The notes below the pieces were generated by a model. That model saw only the letters and a program-made list of their open reading frames with translations, ran no database searches and was not told the origin of the DNA. Both the position numbers and the translations under genes were made by a program. 64,000 nucleotides of DNA from an uncultured Candidatus Saccharibacteria bacterium (lineage in GTDB: Bacteria > Patescibacteriota > Minisyncoccia > Phycocordibacterales > PALSA-1337): assembly GCA_964358005.1 (NCBI GenBank), contig CAYHNH010000002.1, forward strand, positions 18,596 to 82,595, in the 5' to 3' direction. This document shows, piece after piece, positions 8,297 to 18,496 of the stretch (the first letter of the stretch is position 1; each line of letters opens with the position of its first letter).

Positions 8297-10210
8297 ATGT
8301 CCAAAATCATCGGAATAGACTTAGGAACGACATTCTCGGCTGTGGCTGTCATGGAAGCCGGCGTGCCACGCGTTCTCGAGAACGCGGAGGGCCAAAGGAC
8401 GACCCCTTCCATCGTCGCCCAGTCGAAGACCGGCGAGCGTCTCGTCGGCCTTCTAGCGAAGCGTCAGGCCGTCACCAATCCCAGGAATACGATCTCCCAG
8501 ATCAAGCGATTCATGGGCCACAACTTCGATGAAGCTAGCGTTCAGTCAGACATTAAGAACGTTCCATTCGAAGTTCGAAAGGCCTCAAACGGTGGCATCG
8601 AAGTGAACCTCTCCGGTAAGTGGCTCCGCCCAGAAGAAGTCTCAGCCATGATACTCATGAAGCTGAAGACCGACGCGGAAGCTCGCCTCGGCGAGAAAGT
8701 AACCGAAGCGGTCATCACGGTTCCGGCATACTTCAACGACTCGCAGCGCCAGGCCACGAAAGACGCAGGCAAGATCGCCGGTCTCGACGTGAAGCGAATC
8801 ATCAATGAACCTACGGCTGCAGCGCTCGCGTACGGATTCAACAAAAAGAAGAATGAAAAGATCGCCGTATTCGACTTCGGAGGTGGAACATTCGATATAT
8901 CAGTCCTCGAAGTGGGGGATGATGTCGTCGAAGTAAAGTCCACTGACGGCGACTCGCACCTCGGAGGCCGCGACATCGATGCCAAGATAGTCGCATGGCT
9001 CGCAGACCAGTTCGCGCGCGAGAATGGCATCGACCTACGCAAGGACCCGCTTTCACTTCAGCGCATAGATGAGGCTGCGGAGAAAGCCAAGATAGAGCTT
9101 TCGACTGCAGTATCGACCGAGGTAAACATCCCATTCGTGACTTCTGGAGCTGACGGCCCGAAGCACCTCCTCGTCACCCTCACCCGCGCAAAGCTAGAGG
9201 AGCTAACCGCGGAATTCATCGACCGCGCCATGATGATCACCAAGCGCGCCATGGAGGCTTCTCCATTCAAGGTAGGTGAGATCAACGAAGTAGTCCTTGT
9301 CGGCGGCCAAACACGCATGCCGGCACTCCAAAATGCAGTCAAACAGTTCTTCGGAAAAGATCCTCACATGGGAGTGAATCCCGACGAGGTGGTTGCGGTG
9401 GGCGCCGCCATTCAGGGCGGAATATTGGGCGGTGACGTGAAGGATGTGCTCCTTCTCGATGTCATCCCGCTCTCTCTCGGTATCGAAACTATGGGTGGTG
9501 TAGCGACAAAATTGATCGAGAAGAACACCACCGTACCTACTCAGCGATCGCAGGTATTCTCGACTGCGGCGGATAATCAGACATCCGTGGAGATCCATAT
9601 CAGCCAGGGCGAGCGAGCTCTGTCAGCTGACAACAAGTCGCTCGGAAGGTTCATACTCGACGGCATCCCGCCGTCACCTCGCGGCATGCCGCAGATCGAG
9701 GTCTCATTCGACGTCGATGCGAACGGCATCTTGAATGTGACCGCCAAGGACAAGGCCACAGGCAAGGCGAACTCGATCAAGATCACTGCTTCTAGCGGCC
9801 TTTCAAAGGAAGAGGTCGAGAAGATGAAGCAGGAGGCGGCGGCGCATGAGACGGAGGATAAGACGAAGCGCGAGCATATCGAGACAAGGAATGTGGCGGA
9901 GCAGCTTGTCTACACGGCGGAGAAGGCATTGAAGGATGCGGGTGACAAAGTACCGGCCGATGTGAAGAAGACAATCGAAGAGAAGGTTGCTGCGCTTAAG
10001 ACCGCTAAGGACGCACAGCCCTTAGACGCCGCCGCAGTTAAGACGGCTACTGAAGCACTGTCGACTGAGATTCAGAAGATAGGGCAGTTCATGAATCAGC
10101 AGGAGTCGCAGGGTGGACCACAGGGAGGTGCCCAGGGCGGCGCAGACAACAAAAAAGGCCCGGATGCCGGACCTGAAGTAAAGGACGCCGAGTTCAAGGA
10201 GAAGAAGTAG
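8297..10210 (+). CDS. dnaK: molecular chaperone DnaK (Hsp70)
   Basis: 637 aa with canonical Hsp70 motifs ([14 protein letters not shown]; [13 protein letters not shown]; [13 protein letters not shown]). Confidence 0.95.
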   Translation: MSKIIGIDLGTTFSAVAVMEAGVPRVLENAEGQRTTPSIVAQSKTGERLVGLLAKRQAVTNPRNTISQIKRFMGHNFDEASVQSDIKNVPFEVRKASNGGIEVNLSGKWLRPEEVSAMILMKLKTDAEARLGEKVTEAVITVPAYFNDSQRQATKDAGKIAGLDVKRIINEPTAAALAYGFNKKKNEKIAVFDFGGGTFDISVLEVGDDVVEVKSTDGDSHLGGRDIDAKIVAWLADQFARENGIDLRKDPLSLQRIDEAAEKAKIELSTAVSTEVNIPFVTSGADGPKHLLVTLTRAKLEELTAEFIDRAMMITKRAMEASPFKVGEINEVVLVGGQTRMPALQNAVKQFFGKDPHMGVNPDEVVAVGAAIQGGILGGDVKDVLLLDVIPLSLGIETMGGVATKLIEKNTTVPTQRSQVFSTAADNQTSVEIHISQGERALSADNKSLGRFILDGIPPSPRGMPQIEVSFDVDANGILNVTAKDKATGKANSIKITASSGLSKEEVEKMKQEAAAHETEDKTKREHIETRNVAEQLVYTAEKALKDAGDKVPADVKKTIEEKVAALKTAKDAQPLDAAAVKTATEALSTEIQKIGQFMNQQESQGGPQGGAQGGADNKKGPDAGPEVKDAEFKEKK

Positions 10211-10221
10211 TTCATCCTAGG

Positions 10222-10264
10222 TACCTATGCATTTTGGGACAGATTTTGTCTCAAAACGCATAGG
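10222..10264 (+). repeat. 43-nt palindromic intergenic element, copy 1
   Basis: TACCTATGCATTTTGGGACAGATTTTGTCTCAAAACGCATAGG lies 12 nt after the dnaK stop. A near-identical copy is at 16942..16984. Confidence 0.7.
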
Positions 10265-10543
10265 GAGTCGCACCCACGTATGCAGTTCTTAGATAAAAAG
10301 GCCCTCGTAGTTTCCCGGAAGCCTGTTATGAGCAGGGTTCGGGGAAACGAACGAGGGCCGGCAGATGACTTTTCAGTCCTTGGACTGCTAAAAGGGTCGT
10401 TGTTCAACCATCGTCAGGCCATGGGCCGAAAACGAGTTGCTTGAGAAATACGAGGATTGCCAATAGAACCGAGCCGAAATCCTTCAACGGTTCCCAAACC
10501 TCTTCGCGAACGAGTTCCTTGATCATGGAAGTAGAAGTCGAAG

Positions 10544-10768
10544 TTAAAGTGGTCGACCAGTAACTGGAAGATGTGGCGCTTGGTCAACTGCACGAATCAG
10601 GGCCTTCTTCGAAGAGGCTCGCCAAGACATAATACCGATGGCGGCAAACCCGACAGCGATGATATCGAGAATGAGCGCGGCCGTCCTCGAACCAAGTGAC
10701 CAGGCGAACCAGCCGTAAAAGCCGGCGACCAAAGCAAAAAAGAACAGAGTGAGCGAGAGCTGTTTCAT
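10544..10768 (-). CDS. small two-TM membrane protein, hypothetical
   Basis: 74 aa (MKQLSLTLFFFALVAGFYGWFAW...ILDIIAVGFAAIGIMS). Start chosen at the internal Met of the track ORF 10544..10819. Confidence 0.35.
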   Translation of the reverse strand: MKQLSLTLFFFALVAGFYGWFAWSLGSRTAALILDIIAVGFAAIGIMSWRASSKKALIRAVDQAPHLPVTGRPL

Positions 10769-10844
10769 GGTAACTGCGGGGCTGAAGTTTTCAAACAACT
10801 GGACACATTCAACATACAACGTATATTATTAGACGTCAATCAAC

Positions 10845-11960
10845 ATGAAAGACTACTACAAAACCCTAGGTGTGGAGCGGGGCGCTTCCAAGGAGGACAT
10901 CAAAAAGGCCTTCCGTAAGCTCGCGCACGAGCATCACCCTGACAAGACCAAGAACGACCCGACATCCTCGCAGAAATTCAAAGAGGCTAGCGAGGCGTAT
11001 TCGGTGCTATCTGACGACAGCAAACGCAAACAATACGACACCTTCGGCTCGGCTGGACCTGGTATGGGAGGCGGTCCCGGCGGTGGCGGTTTCGGAGGCG
11101 GCGCAGGCTTTAACCCCCAGGACTTCGCCGGTTTCGACTTCTCTGGATTCCAGAATGGTCAGGGCGGGGTAGAATTCGACCTCGGCGACATGTTCGGCGA
11201 TTTCTTCGGTGGCGGACGAAACAGGCAGACTCAAACCCAGAGAGGCAGGGATGTCTCCATCGACATCCAGATTTCATTCGAGGAGTCTATCTTCGGCGTC
11301 GAGCGCGACATCATCGTAACGAAGACAGCGCAATGCCTAGCATGCCACGGCACAGGCGCTGAGACCGGCTCAAGCATGGAAACCTGCAAGACCTGCAACG
11401 GAAAAGGCAAGATAAACGAGACGCGCAGGTCATTTATCGGCGTATTCTCGACGACTCGAGCGTGCGATTCATGCCACGGCAAGGGTCAAGTACCAAAAAA
11501 CAAATGCCATACATGCCACGGCCACGGTGTGCTCGAGCGCCAGCAAGAGATAACGGCGAAGATACCGCCTGGCATAGAGGATGGCGAGATGGTCAGGCTC
11601 GGCGGCATGGGCGAGGCCGTCTCTAACGGCGTCCCGGGCGACATGTACGTGAAGGTCCACGTGAAGCCTCACCAGTTCATACGCAAGCAGGGTCTCGACC
11701 TCGCATCCGACATCCGGATAAAGCTCACCGAGGCCCTGACCGGCGCCAAGATACCTTTCAAGTCCCTGGATGGCGAGCTCGAAGTATCTGTACCGGAGGG
11801 CACGAACACCGGCGACATCCTACGCGTGCGTGGCAAGGGAGTCCCGGGTGAGAACGGCCGTCGCGGCGACCTGCTCATAAGGATCGCAGTCGATATGCCC
11901 AAGAAGCTTTCCAAGAATGCGCGTAAGATCATCGATGATTTGAAAAATGAAGGTTTATGA
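10845..11960 (+). CDS. dnaJ: molecular chaperone DnaJ
   Basis: J domain with HPD (YKTLGV...HHPDK), a G/F-rich linker, and four CxxCxGxG zinc-finger repeats. Confidence 0.93.
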   Translation: MKDYYKTLGVERGASKEDIKKAFRKLAHEHHPDKTKNDPTSSQKFKEASEAYSVLSDDSKRKQYDTFGSAGPGMGGGPGGGGFGGGAGFNPQDFAGFDFSGFQNGQGGVEFDLGDMFGDFFGGGRNRQTQTQRGRDVSIDIQISFEESIFGVERDIIVTKTAQCLACHGTGAETGSSMETCKTCNGKGKINETRRSFIGVFSTTRACDSCHGKGQVPKNKCHTCHGHGVLERQQEITAKIPPGIEDGEMVRLGGMGEAVSNGVPGDMYVKVHVKPHQFIRKQGLDLASDIRIKLTEALTGAKIPFKSLDGELEVSVPEGTNTGDILRVRGKGVPGENGRRGDLLIRIAVDMPKKLSKNARKIIDDLKNEGL

Positions 11961-11975
11961 TATAGTATTCCGCCC

Positions 11976-13457
11976 ATGTCTATATTCTCATTTTTAAAAA
12001 GCCACGCAGTGCTAGCAAGCACTATCTGCATAGTCATAGTGGCAGGAGCGGTCATAACAGGCCGCATAGCTTCAAGGCCGGCAGTGGGACTTTTTGACTC
12101 GAATATGAAAAGGGTCGCGGTCGTGCCGGTCAGTAGTTTTAGCACTGGAACAGGCGTGGTAAGCGCGGACGGAATCGTCAAATCCGTGGCCCAGGTCGAC
12201 CTGCGAAGCCAGCTCAGTGCGCCCATATCCCATCTAGCCGTCGCTCTAGGCGACAACGTCTACGCCGGTCAAACCATCGCTGAGCTTTCCAATGCCGATA
12301 TCAGAGCCCAGCTCGACCAGGCTAAGCTCTCGCTCTCACTCGAAGGCATATCGCTCGATTCGGCCCGTAAGACGGCCGTCGACGCAGTCGAGAGCAGCTA
12401 TCTCAATGCCGATGAGGTCGTCCATACCCAGATCGATCCCATGCTTTTCAATAGCACGATGACCTCGGTCCAGCTCTCGGCCTTTTCCACAGACGCGGTC
12501 TATTATCAGCAGATCCTAGCTATGAGGACTGACATCACGAACCTATTCAACTCCTGGAAAGGGATCGTGAACGGCTTAGAGACTGCTAGCGACGCATCGC
12601 TAAGCTCGGCACTAGAGACATCTCAAGCGAACATCGAGAAGATCCGAACTCTCCTGGATGAGATCTCCAAGATATTAAATAGTGCCGCTATCATCGCCCT
12701 GCCAGCGGATTTGGTCAAAGTGAACAGCTGGAAGACTACCGTCACAGCCGCTAGATCCAGCATGAGTGCCGTAGGGACAGCCCTGATAAACGCCAAGAAA
12801 GCCCTATCGAGCTCTCTGGTATCCCAAGGTGGGACTGGAGCCGCGCCAGGCACGATCGCCCAGGCCGGAGTCAAGAATCTCCAGGCCCAGCTGGATAAGA
12901 CCATCATACGATCGCCGATTGCCGGCAAGGTTGCCGCGCTGCCATTGCGTAGCGGTGAATTCGCCGGGCCAGGCCAGCTCATAGCCACGATAGTCGGCGC
13001 TGGGTCATTGGAAATCCAGGCATTCGTTAGCGCTGAGGACATCTCCAGGATAAGCATCGGCGCCGAGGCAACCGTAGATGGCAATATCTCCGGAAAAGTT
13101 TCCAACATCTCACCTAGCGTGAACCCGGTGAACAAGAGGGTCGAGGTCAAAATACTGGTGAGCTCAGAGACTCCAGGCCTCATCATAGGCAGGAACGTGA
13201 GCGCATCTATAAAAGCCGCGGCGGCCGAGGCTTCGACGACTTCCGTATACAACATCCCCATACAGAACATCAGGATAGTGCCTGGCGACGCCTATGTCTT
13301 CACAGTCGATGAGTCGTCGAAGGTCGTAAAGCATAGAGTCACACTCGGCGAGGTCAAAGGGGATTTCGTCCAAGTGATCGCAGGTATCAACTCTGACATG
13401 AAGATAGTCTCCCCAGTATACGAGCTCGAGGAAGGACAGACGGTGGAGATAGAGTAA
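11976..13457 (+). CDS. efflux RND transporter periplasmic adaptor (membrane fusion protein, HlyD family)
   Basis: 493 aa with an N-terminal TM helix, coiled-coil hairpin segments and lipoyl/beta-barrel-like motifs. It lies immediately upstream of the RND permease. Confidence 0.8.
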   Translation: MSIFSFLKSHAVLASTICIVIVAGAVITGRIASRPAVGLFDSNMKRVAVVPVSSFSTGTGVVSADGIVKSVAQVDLRSQLSAPISHLAVALGDNVYAGQTIAELSNADIRAQLDQAKLSLSLEGISLDSARKTAVDAVESSYLNADEVVHTQIDPMLFNSTMTSVQLSAFSTDAVYYQQILAMRTDITNLFNSWKGIVNGLETASDASLSSALETSQANIEKIRTLLDEISKILNSAAIIALPADLVKVNSWKTTVTAARSSMSAVGTALINAKKALSSSLVSQGGTGAAPGTIAQAGVKNLQAQLDKTIIRSPIAGKVAALPLRSGEFAGPGQLIATIVGAGSLEIQAFVSAEDISRISIGAEATVDGNISGKVSNISPSVNPVNKRVEVKILVSSETPGLIIGRNVSASIKAAAAEASTTSVYNIPIQNIRIVPGDAYVFTVDESSKVVKHRVTLGEVKGDFVQVIAGINSDMKIVSPVYELEEGQTVEIE

Positions 13458-13461
13458 ACTC

Positions 13462-16400
13462 ATGGAAACAAAGAACAGCGAACATTCTTCGGATAGCCGC
13501 TATCTGGCCAAGCTGCAGTTCAGACCAGAACTGCGCAGGATGTGGCTCAATTTTTTTGTCACTAATTTCCGCGTAGTCATACTGCTCATCGCAGTCATCA
13601 CAGCTTGGGGCTTGTATTCATTCTTCACACTGCCGCGCGAATCCAATCCGGAGATAAAGATACCCATAGCCATAGTCATGACACCCTATCCGGGCGCTTC
13701 GCCGTCCGACGTAGAGGAATTCGTGACCAAGAAGATCGAGGCCGAGCTATCCGGCCTCAAGGGTCTAAAGCAATTGTCATCTAGCTCATATAATTCGCTT
13801 TCTTCTATCCAGGTGGAATTCGACGCGAACCAGGACGTAGACGATTCGATACGGCGCTTGAGGGACAAGGTAAATGCTGTTCAGCCCAAGATAACCACGG
13901 AGGCCGATGACTCCGTAGTCACAGAGATATCTATAGACGACGCACCTATATGGTCCATCTCCATCACCGGGCCTTATGACGGATTCACCCTGCGGTCATA
14001 TGCCGAGGACATCAAGGACGAGCTCGAGAAGATAGGCGGCGTTCGCGAGATATCTATATCAGGCGGCGACGAGTATCAGTACGAGGTTGCATACATCCCT
14101 GAGCAGCTGCTTTTCTATGGTTTGAGCGTAAATCAGGTCAATCAAATTATCGCGGCCTCGAATGTGGCCATACCTGCTGGCAACTTCGAGCAGGGCTCCC
14201 TGATATTCCCGGTGCGTACTGATGGAAGATTCACCGACATTAAGAGCCTGGGCGGGATAGCCATCTCCCATACCGATTCTGGATCGACTGTGTACCTGCG
14301 CGATATTGCCAAGGTCAGCGAGACAGCAGTGAAGAAGACAACTTATTCCAGGCTATCCATAAACGGAGGCGAACCCAAGAATTCCGTGAGCCTGGGGCTA
14401 ATAAAACGCCAAGGCTCATCGGTCCTAGAGACGGTAGATGCGGCCAAGAGGGCAGTAGACACAGCCATCGCTTCGTTTCCACCGGGCATAACCTATGACG
14501 TCACCATGGACATGGCTAAGGAGGTCCGTACCAGTTTCGATCAACTGTCGCATGACTTCGTCATCACAGTCCTTCTCGTGGCTGTCATTTTATTCCTCAT
14601 CGTCGGGCTCAAGGAGGCCTTCGTCGCCGGACTGGCCATACCGCTGGTGTTCTTCGTCAGCTTCGGAGTGCTCAAGATGATGGGCATAACCTTGAACTTC
14701 CTATCCCTGTTCTCGCTCATACTGGCCTTGGGCCTCCTGGTCGACGACGCCATCGTGGTCGTATCAGCGACCAAGCAGTACCTGAACACCGGCAAATTCA
14801 CGCCCGAAGAAGCGGTGCTATTGGTGCTCAATGACTTCAAATGGGTGCTCACCACAACGACGCTAGCCACAGTCTGGGCTTTCCTGCCGCTCCTATTCTC
14901 GACAGGCATAGTCGGCCAGTATCTGAAATCCATCCCCATCACGGTCTCCATAACACTCATTGCCTCGCTGTTCATAGCCCTCATGATCAACCACCCACTA
15001 GCGGCCGTGCTCGAGCGCATCCGGCTTACAAGGAGGTTCTTCTTCATCATCGAAGCTCTGCTCATAGTCTTCGCCGCTTGGATGGTCTACATGGGCGGCA
15101 TCATCTTCTACACGCTCGGCGCTCTTGCCGTCGTCATCGAGATATATCTCATCTGGTGGTATGAGCATGGAGGCAAAGGGAAGACGCTAGATAATGCCGT
15201 GCTCATGGAACGGGAATGGCAGGATGATGGTCTCATCAAGCAGAAGCTAGCGGAGCAGGGCGATCGCCACAACGAGAGCTTCTCGAGCCGACTCATCCAC
15301 GGCATCATACATTTCAATATATTCCTGCCCATCTACGAAAAGTACTTGCGGCACTACATTCTGGACAAGAAGCGTCGCCGCCGCGTACTCGCCGGTGTCG
15401 TTGTCCTTTTCGTCGCTTCCATCATGCTGGTGGCTACTGGCGTGATACGCAACGAATTCTTCCCGCCGTCCGACCAGGACTATGTCTACATAGACATGAA
15501 GACTCCGGTCGGGACTAATCTGCAGGCGACTGATTCAAAGGCAAGGGAAGTCGAGAAACTGCTCTACTCATATCCGGATATACAGAGCTTCACGACTACT
15601 ATCGGCCGCGGCAGTCCCAATTCCGGCAACTTCGGCGGGGGAGGTGTGGGCTCTGCGAACATAGCCTCGATAGCTCTCACTCTGAGGGAAAAAGGCGAGC
15701 GCTCCATGAAGTCATTCCTATTCGCCGATGTGGTGAGAGCCGATCTATCCAAAGCGCGCATACCTGGACTGGAGATAAACGTGGCTTCTCTGGCTGGCGG
15801 ACCGCCAGCAGGCGCAGCCTTCGAAGCGCGCGTGATGGGCGACGACTTCGAAACGCTCACCCAAGTGGTGAACGATCTTAAACCGATGCTCGCATCCATC
15901 CCGGGAGCTATAAACGTCAATGCATCTCTCAAGGATTCAGTGCCAGAATACACATTCAAGCTCGACCCGAAAAAGCTCGAAGAGAACCGTCTTAGTGCCA
16001 TAACAGTCGGGTCATACCTGCGTACGGCCATAGCAGGGACAGAGCTCATGAAGATCGTCCGCGACGAGAAGGAAATCAAGCTCATGGCCACATTCGACCA
16101 GGGATCTATACCGACCTTGCAAGCAATACAGAACCTGCAGATCGCGAACTCGCGTGGCGAAGCCGTCTACCTGAAGGATGTGGCCGAGATCGAACTCAAA
16201 CCAGCCGTGGACGTGATCATGCGCATAGACCAGAGGAGGACGGTCCTCTTATCAGCAGGAGCAGATTCGACTACGAACGGCCAGGCCCTGCTCGCTGAAT
16301 TCAATAAGAAGCTGGCCACATACAGCATGCCCTCTGGCTATGCCATCGTGTATGGCGGCGAGAATGAACAGAATGCCGAATCGCTGGTCTCGGTCATGCG

Positions 16401-16881
16401 CGCCATGGTGATCGCTCTCATTCTCATCGTCTCGACTCTCATCATCCAGTTCAATTCCTTTAGGAAGGCCCTCATAGTGCTGGTGCCTATACCGCTGGCG
16501 CTCATCGGCGTCTTCGTCGGCATGGCGGTGTTCGATGTGTCGCTCGGCCTGCCTGGGCTCATCGGCATCCTGGCGCTCTTCGGCATCGTGGTGAAGAACG
16601 CGATCATACTTGTCGACAAGATAAACATAAATATCAAAAGCGGCATCCCATTCGAAGAATCAGTAGTCGATGCCGGAAAGGCCAGGCTCGAAGCGATCTT
16701 CATCACTTCGCTCTGCACGATCTTCGGTATCCTGCCGGTCACATTGTCTGATGAGTTCTGGCAGGCCCTGGGCTCTGCAGTCATCTTCGGTCTACTATTG
16801 TCGTCGTTCCTGACTCTGTTCATCGTCCCGGCGTTCTATCTCATGTTTGTGAAGGATAAATCTTCTGCTGTCATTAATTAG
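13462..16881 (+). CDS. efflux RND transporter permease (AcrB/HAE family)
   Basis: 1139 aa with 12-TM architecture and an AcrB-like signature (SLFSLILALGLLVDDAIVVV). Confidence 0.9.
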   Translation: METKNSEHSSDSRYLAKLQFRPELRRMWLNFFVTNFRVVILLIAVITAWGLYSFFTLPRESNPEIKIPIAIVMTPYPGASPSDVEEFVTKKIEAELSGLKGLKQLSSSSYNSLSSIQVEFDANQDVDDSIRRLRDKVNAVQPKITTEADDSVVTEISIDDAPIWSISITGPYDGFTLRSYAEDIKDELEKIGGVREISISGGDEYQYEVAYIPEQLLFYGLSVNQVNQIIAASNVAIPAGNFEQGSLIFPVRTDGRFTDIKSLGGIAISHTDSGSTVYLRDIAKVSETAVKKTTYSRLSINGGEPKNSVSLGLIKRQGSSVLETVDAAKRAVDTAIASFPPGITYDVTMDMAKEVRTSFDQLSHDFVITVLLVAVILFLIVGLKEAFVAGLAIPLVFFVSFGVLKMMGITLNFLSLFSLILALGLLVDDAIVVVSATKQYLNTGKFTPEEAVLLVLNDFKWVLTTTTLATVWAFLPLLFSTGIVGQYLKSIPITVSITLIASLFIALMINHPLAAVLERIRLTRRFFFIIEALLIVFAAWMVYMGGIIFYTLGALAVVIEIYLIWWYEHGGKGKTLDNAVLMEREWQDDGLIKQKLAEQGDRHNESFSSRLIHGIIHFNIFLPIYEKYLRHYILDKKRRRRVLAGVVVLFVASIMLVATGVIRNEFFPPSDQDYVYIDMKTPVGTNLQATDSKAREVEKLLYSYPDIQSFTTTIGRGSPNSGNFGGGGVGSANIASIALTLREKGERSMKSFLFADVVRADLSKARIPGLEINVASLAGGPPAGAAFEARVMGDDFETLTQVVNDLKPMLASIPGAINVNASLKDSVPEYTFKLDPKKLEENRLSAITVGSYLRTAIAGTELMKIVRDEKEIKLMATFDQGSIPTLQAIQNLQIANSRGEAVYLKDVAEIELKPAVDVIMRIDQRRTVLLSAGADSTTNGQALLAEFNKKLATYSMPSGYAIVYGGENEQNAESLVSVMRAMVIALILIVSTLIIQFNSFRKALIVLVPIPLALIGVFVGMAVFDVSLGLPGLIGILALFGIVVKNAIILVDKININIKSGIPFEESVVDAGKARLEAIFITSLCTIFGILPVTLSDEFWQALGSAVIFGLLLSSFLTLFIVPAFYLMFVKDKSSAVIN

Positions 16882-16941
16882 GCATTAGCCAGACAGTCCC
16901 GCCGGCCCTTTTTCTAGGAGCTTCATACATGGGGGGGCGAC

Positions 16942-16984
16942 TACCTATGCATTTTGGGACAGATTTTGTCTCAAAAGGCATAGG
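16942..16984 (+). repeat. 43-nt palindromic intergenic element, copy 2
   Basis: TACCTATGCATTTTGGGACAGATTTTGTCTCAAAAGGCATAGGTA lies 60 nt after the RND permease stop. Two further perfect hairpins follow at 17001..17020 and 17021..17042. Confidence 0.7.
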
Positions 16985-17089
16985 TACTTAAGATGAACTA
17001 CTTCTTTGTCATGAAAGAAGCCTATAACAAAGATGTTATAGGTCTCATGTACGAACAGGTGTGAGGGCCGCATGGGTAGCGCTTAGATA

Positions 17090-17140
17090 ACAATAAACCC
17101 GCCTCACGACAAAGCTTGGGGGCTTATTGTCGGGGCGGGC
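17090..17140 (-). terminator. rho-independent terminator for the 17157..17450 gene
   Basis: On the minus strand, the stem CCCGCC(tca)CGACAA...TTGTCG(g)GGCGGG is followed by TTTATTGTT. Confidence 0.5.
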
Positions 17141-17156
17141 AAAGCGGCGCATCAGA

Positions 17157-17450
17157 TCACTTGGTCGCTTTCTCCGATTTGGAGTCGGTCGTCTTCGGCG
17201 ACGGCAAGCCGTCATCGAAGACAATCCAGACACCATAGAACATGTTCTTGACCTCGCCGTCGTAGTAGACGTTGAAACTGACGAGCTTCAATGTCGGATG
17301 ATCATCGATCCACTTGTCGATGACCGTCGCGACGGTTTGGGGAGTTATGCGGGTGTTGTCCGCGAGACTGACAAACACTGTGCGTTGTTTGGCAAAGGCG
17401 ACTGAAGTCGCCGAAAGGAAAAGGCAAACCAGTAGGAGCATCTTTTTCAT
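17157..17450 (-). CDS. small secreted protein, hypothetical
   Basis: 97 aa with a signal peptide (MKKMLLLVCLFLSATSVAFA) and a terminator downstream. Confidence 0.5.
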   Translation of the reverse strand: MKKMLLLVCLFLSATSVAFAKQRTVFVSLADNTRITPQTVATVIDKWIDDHPTLKLVSFNVYYDGEVKNMFYGVWIVFDDGLPSPKTTDSKSEKATK

Positions 17451-17545
17451 AGGAAGGAATTGTCAAAGCTGTGGTGCATTCTAGCACGTTAATGTATATA
17501 TGTCAACCTCTGCTAAACGGCCCTGATTCCTGCTATCATTCATCC

Positions 17546-18493
17546 ATGAAGAAAATCCTCCTCTCCGGCGTGAAGCCATCCGGGCGGCCGCACATAGGCA
17601 ACTATTTCGGCGCCATGAAGCAATTCGTGGAACTGCTCGCCTCCGACAAATACGAGTGCTACTTTTTCATCCCCGACTATCACGCTCTCAACACCGTCCA
17701 GAACGCCGAGGAGATGAGACATAACTCCCTGGATGTGGCCATTGACTACATGGCGCTCGGGCTCGACCCCACCAAGGCCACGCTCTTCAAACAGTCAGAC
17801 GTGTCGGCACATACCGAGCTCGCTTGGATATTCGATACGCTAGTATCCGTCCCGTACCTACAGCGCGCTCACGCCTACAAAGACGCCGAAGCCAAGGGCA
17901 CCGAGATCAGCATGGGCACATTCAACTATCCCGTGCTCATGGCGGCCGACATACTCCTCTACGATACGGACGTCGTGCCAGTAGGCCAGGACCAGAAGCA
18001 ACACATAGAATACGCGCGCGACATCGCCGCCAAGTTTAACAACACCTTTGGCGAGACTTTCAAGCTGCCGGAGCCCTTCATTCTCGAGAATATGGCGACA
18101 GTTCCAGGTACTGATGGGCGCAAGATGTCCAAGAGCTACAACAACACGATACCGCTCTTCGCCACCCGCGAGGAGATAGTCAAGGCCGTCATGGGCATAG
18201 TCACTGATTCGGGTGCAGACGTGCCGACCAACGTATATGCCATGCACAAGCTGTTCCGACCAGAAGGGGATATAAAAGCGCTCTACGAGGCGAATAAGGG
18301 CAAATACAAGGCTTTAAAGGAGGCTTTGATAGAGGATATAGACGCCTTTCTGAAGCCTCTGCGCGAGCGCCGAGCCGAGATAGCCAAGAATGAAAAGCAG
18401 GTCATGATAGTGCTAGACAAGGGAGCCGAGAAGGCTCACGGCAAGGCTTCGGCCAAACTGCGCGACGTCAAAAAGAAGATAGGCGTATTGTAG
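17546..18493 (+). CDS. trpS: tryptophan--tRNA ligase
   Basis: Class I aaRS with the HIGH-type motif (GRPHIGNYFGA) and KMSKS. About 315 aa from the internal Met at 17546. A TATCAT hexamer lies 6 nt upstream. Confidence 0.85.
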   Translation: MKKILLSGVKPSGRPHIGNYFGAMKQFVELLASDKYECYFFIPDYHALNTVQNAEEMRHNSLDVAIDYMALGLDPTKATLFKQSDVSAHTELAWIFDTLVSVPYLQRAHAYKDAEAKGTEISMGTFNYPVLMAADILLYDTDVVPVGQDQKQHIEYARDIAAKFNNTFGETFKLPEPFILENMATVPGTDGRKMSKSYNNTIPLFATREEIVKAVMGIVTDSGADVPTNVYAMHKLFRPEGDIKALYEANKGKYKALKEALIEDIDAFLKPLRERRAEIAKNEKQVMIVLDKGAEKAHGKASAKLRDVKKKIGVL

Positions 18494-18496
18494 GAA

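Noticed and set aside
10285-10400. Possible SRP (4.5S) RNA in the dnaK-dnaJ gap: CCGGAAG...AGCAGG...GGCAGATGAC, plus an 8-bp GGCCCTCG/CGAGGGCC inverted repeat followed by a T-tract on the minus strand.
   Set aside because: The apparent match is to E. coli 4.5S RNA as recalled from memory, and the matching elements are not collinear with helix 8 spacing. A 10-mer match is expected by chance at this window size. No GNRA-capped domain IV can be drawn convincingly. It needs cmsearch.
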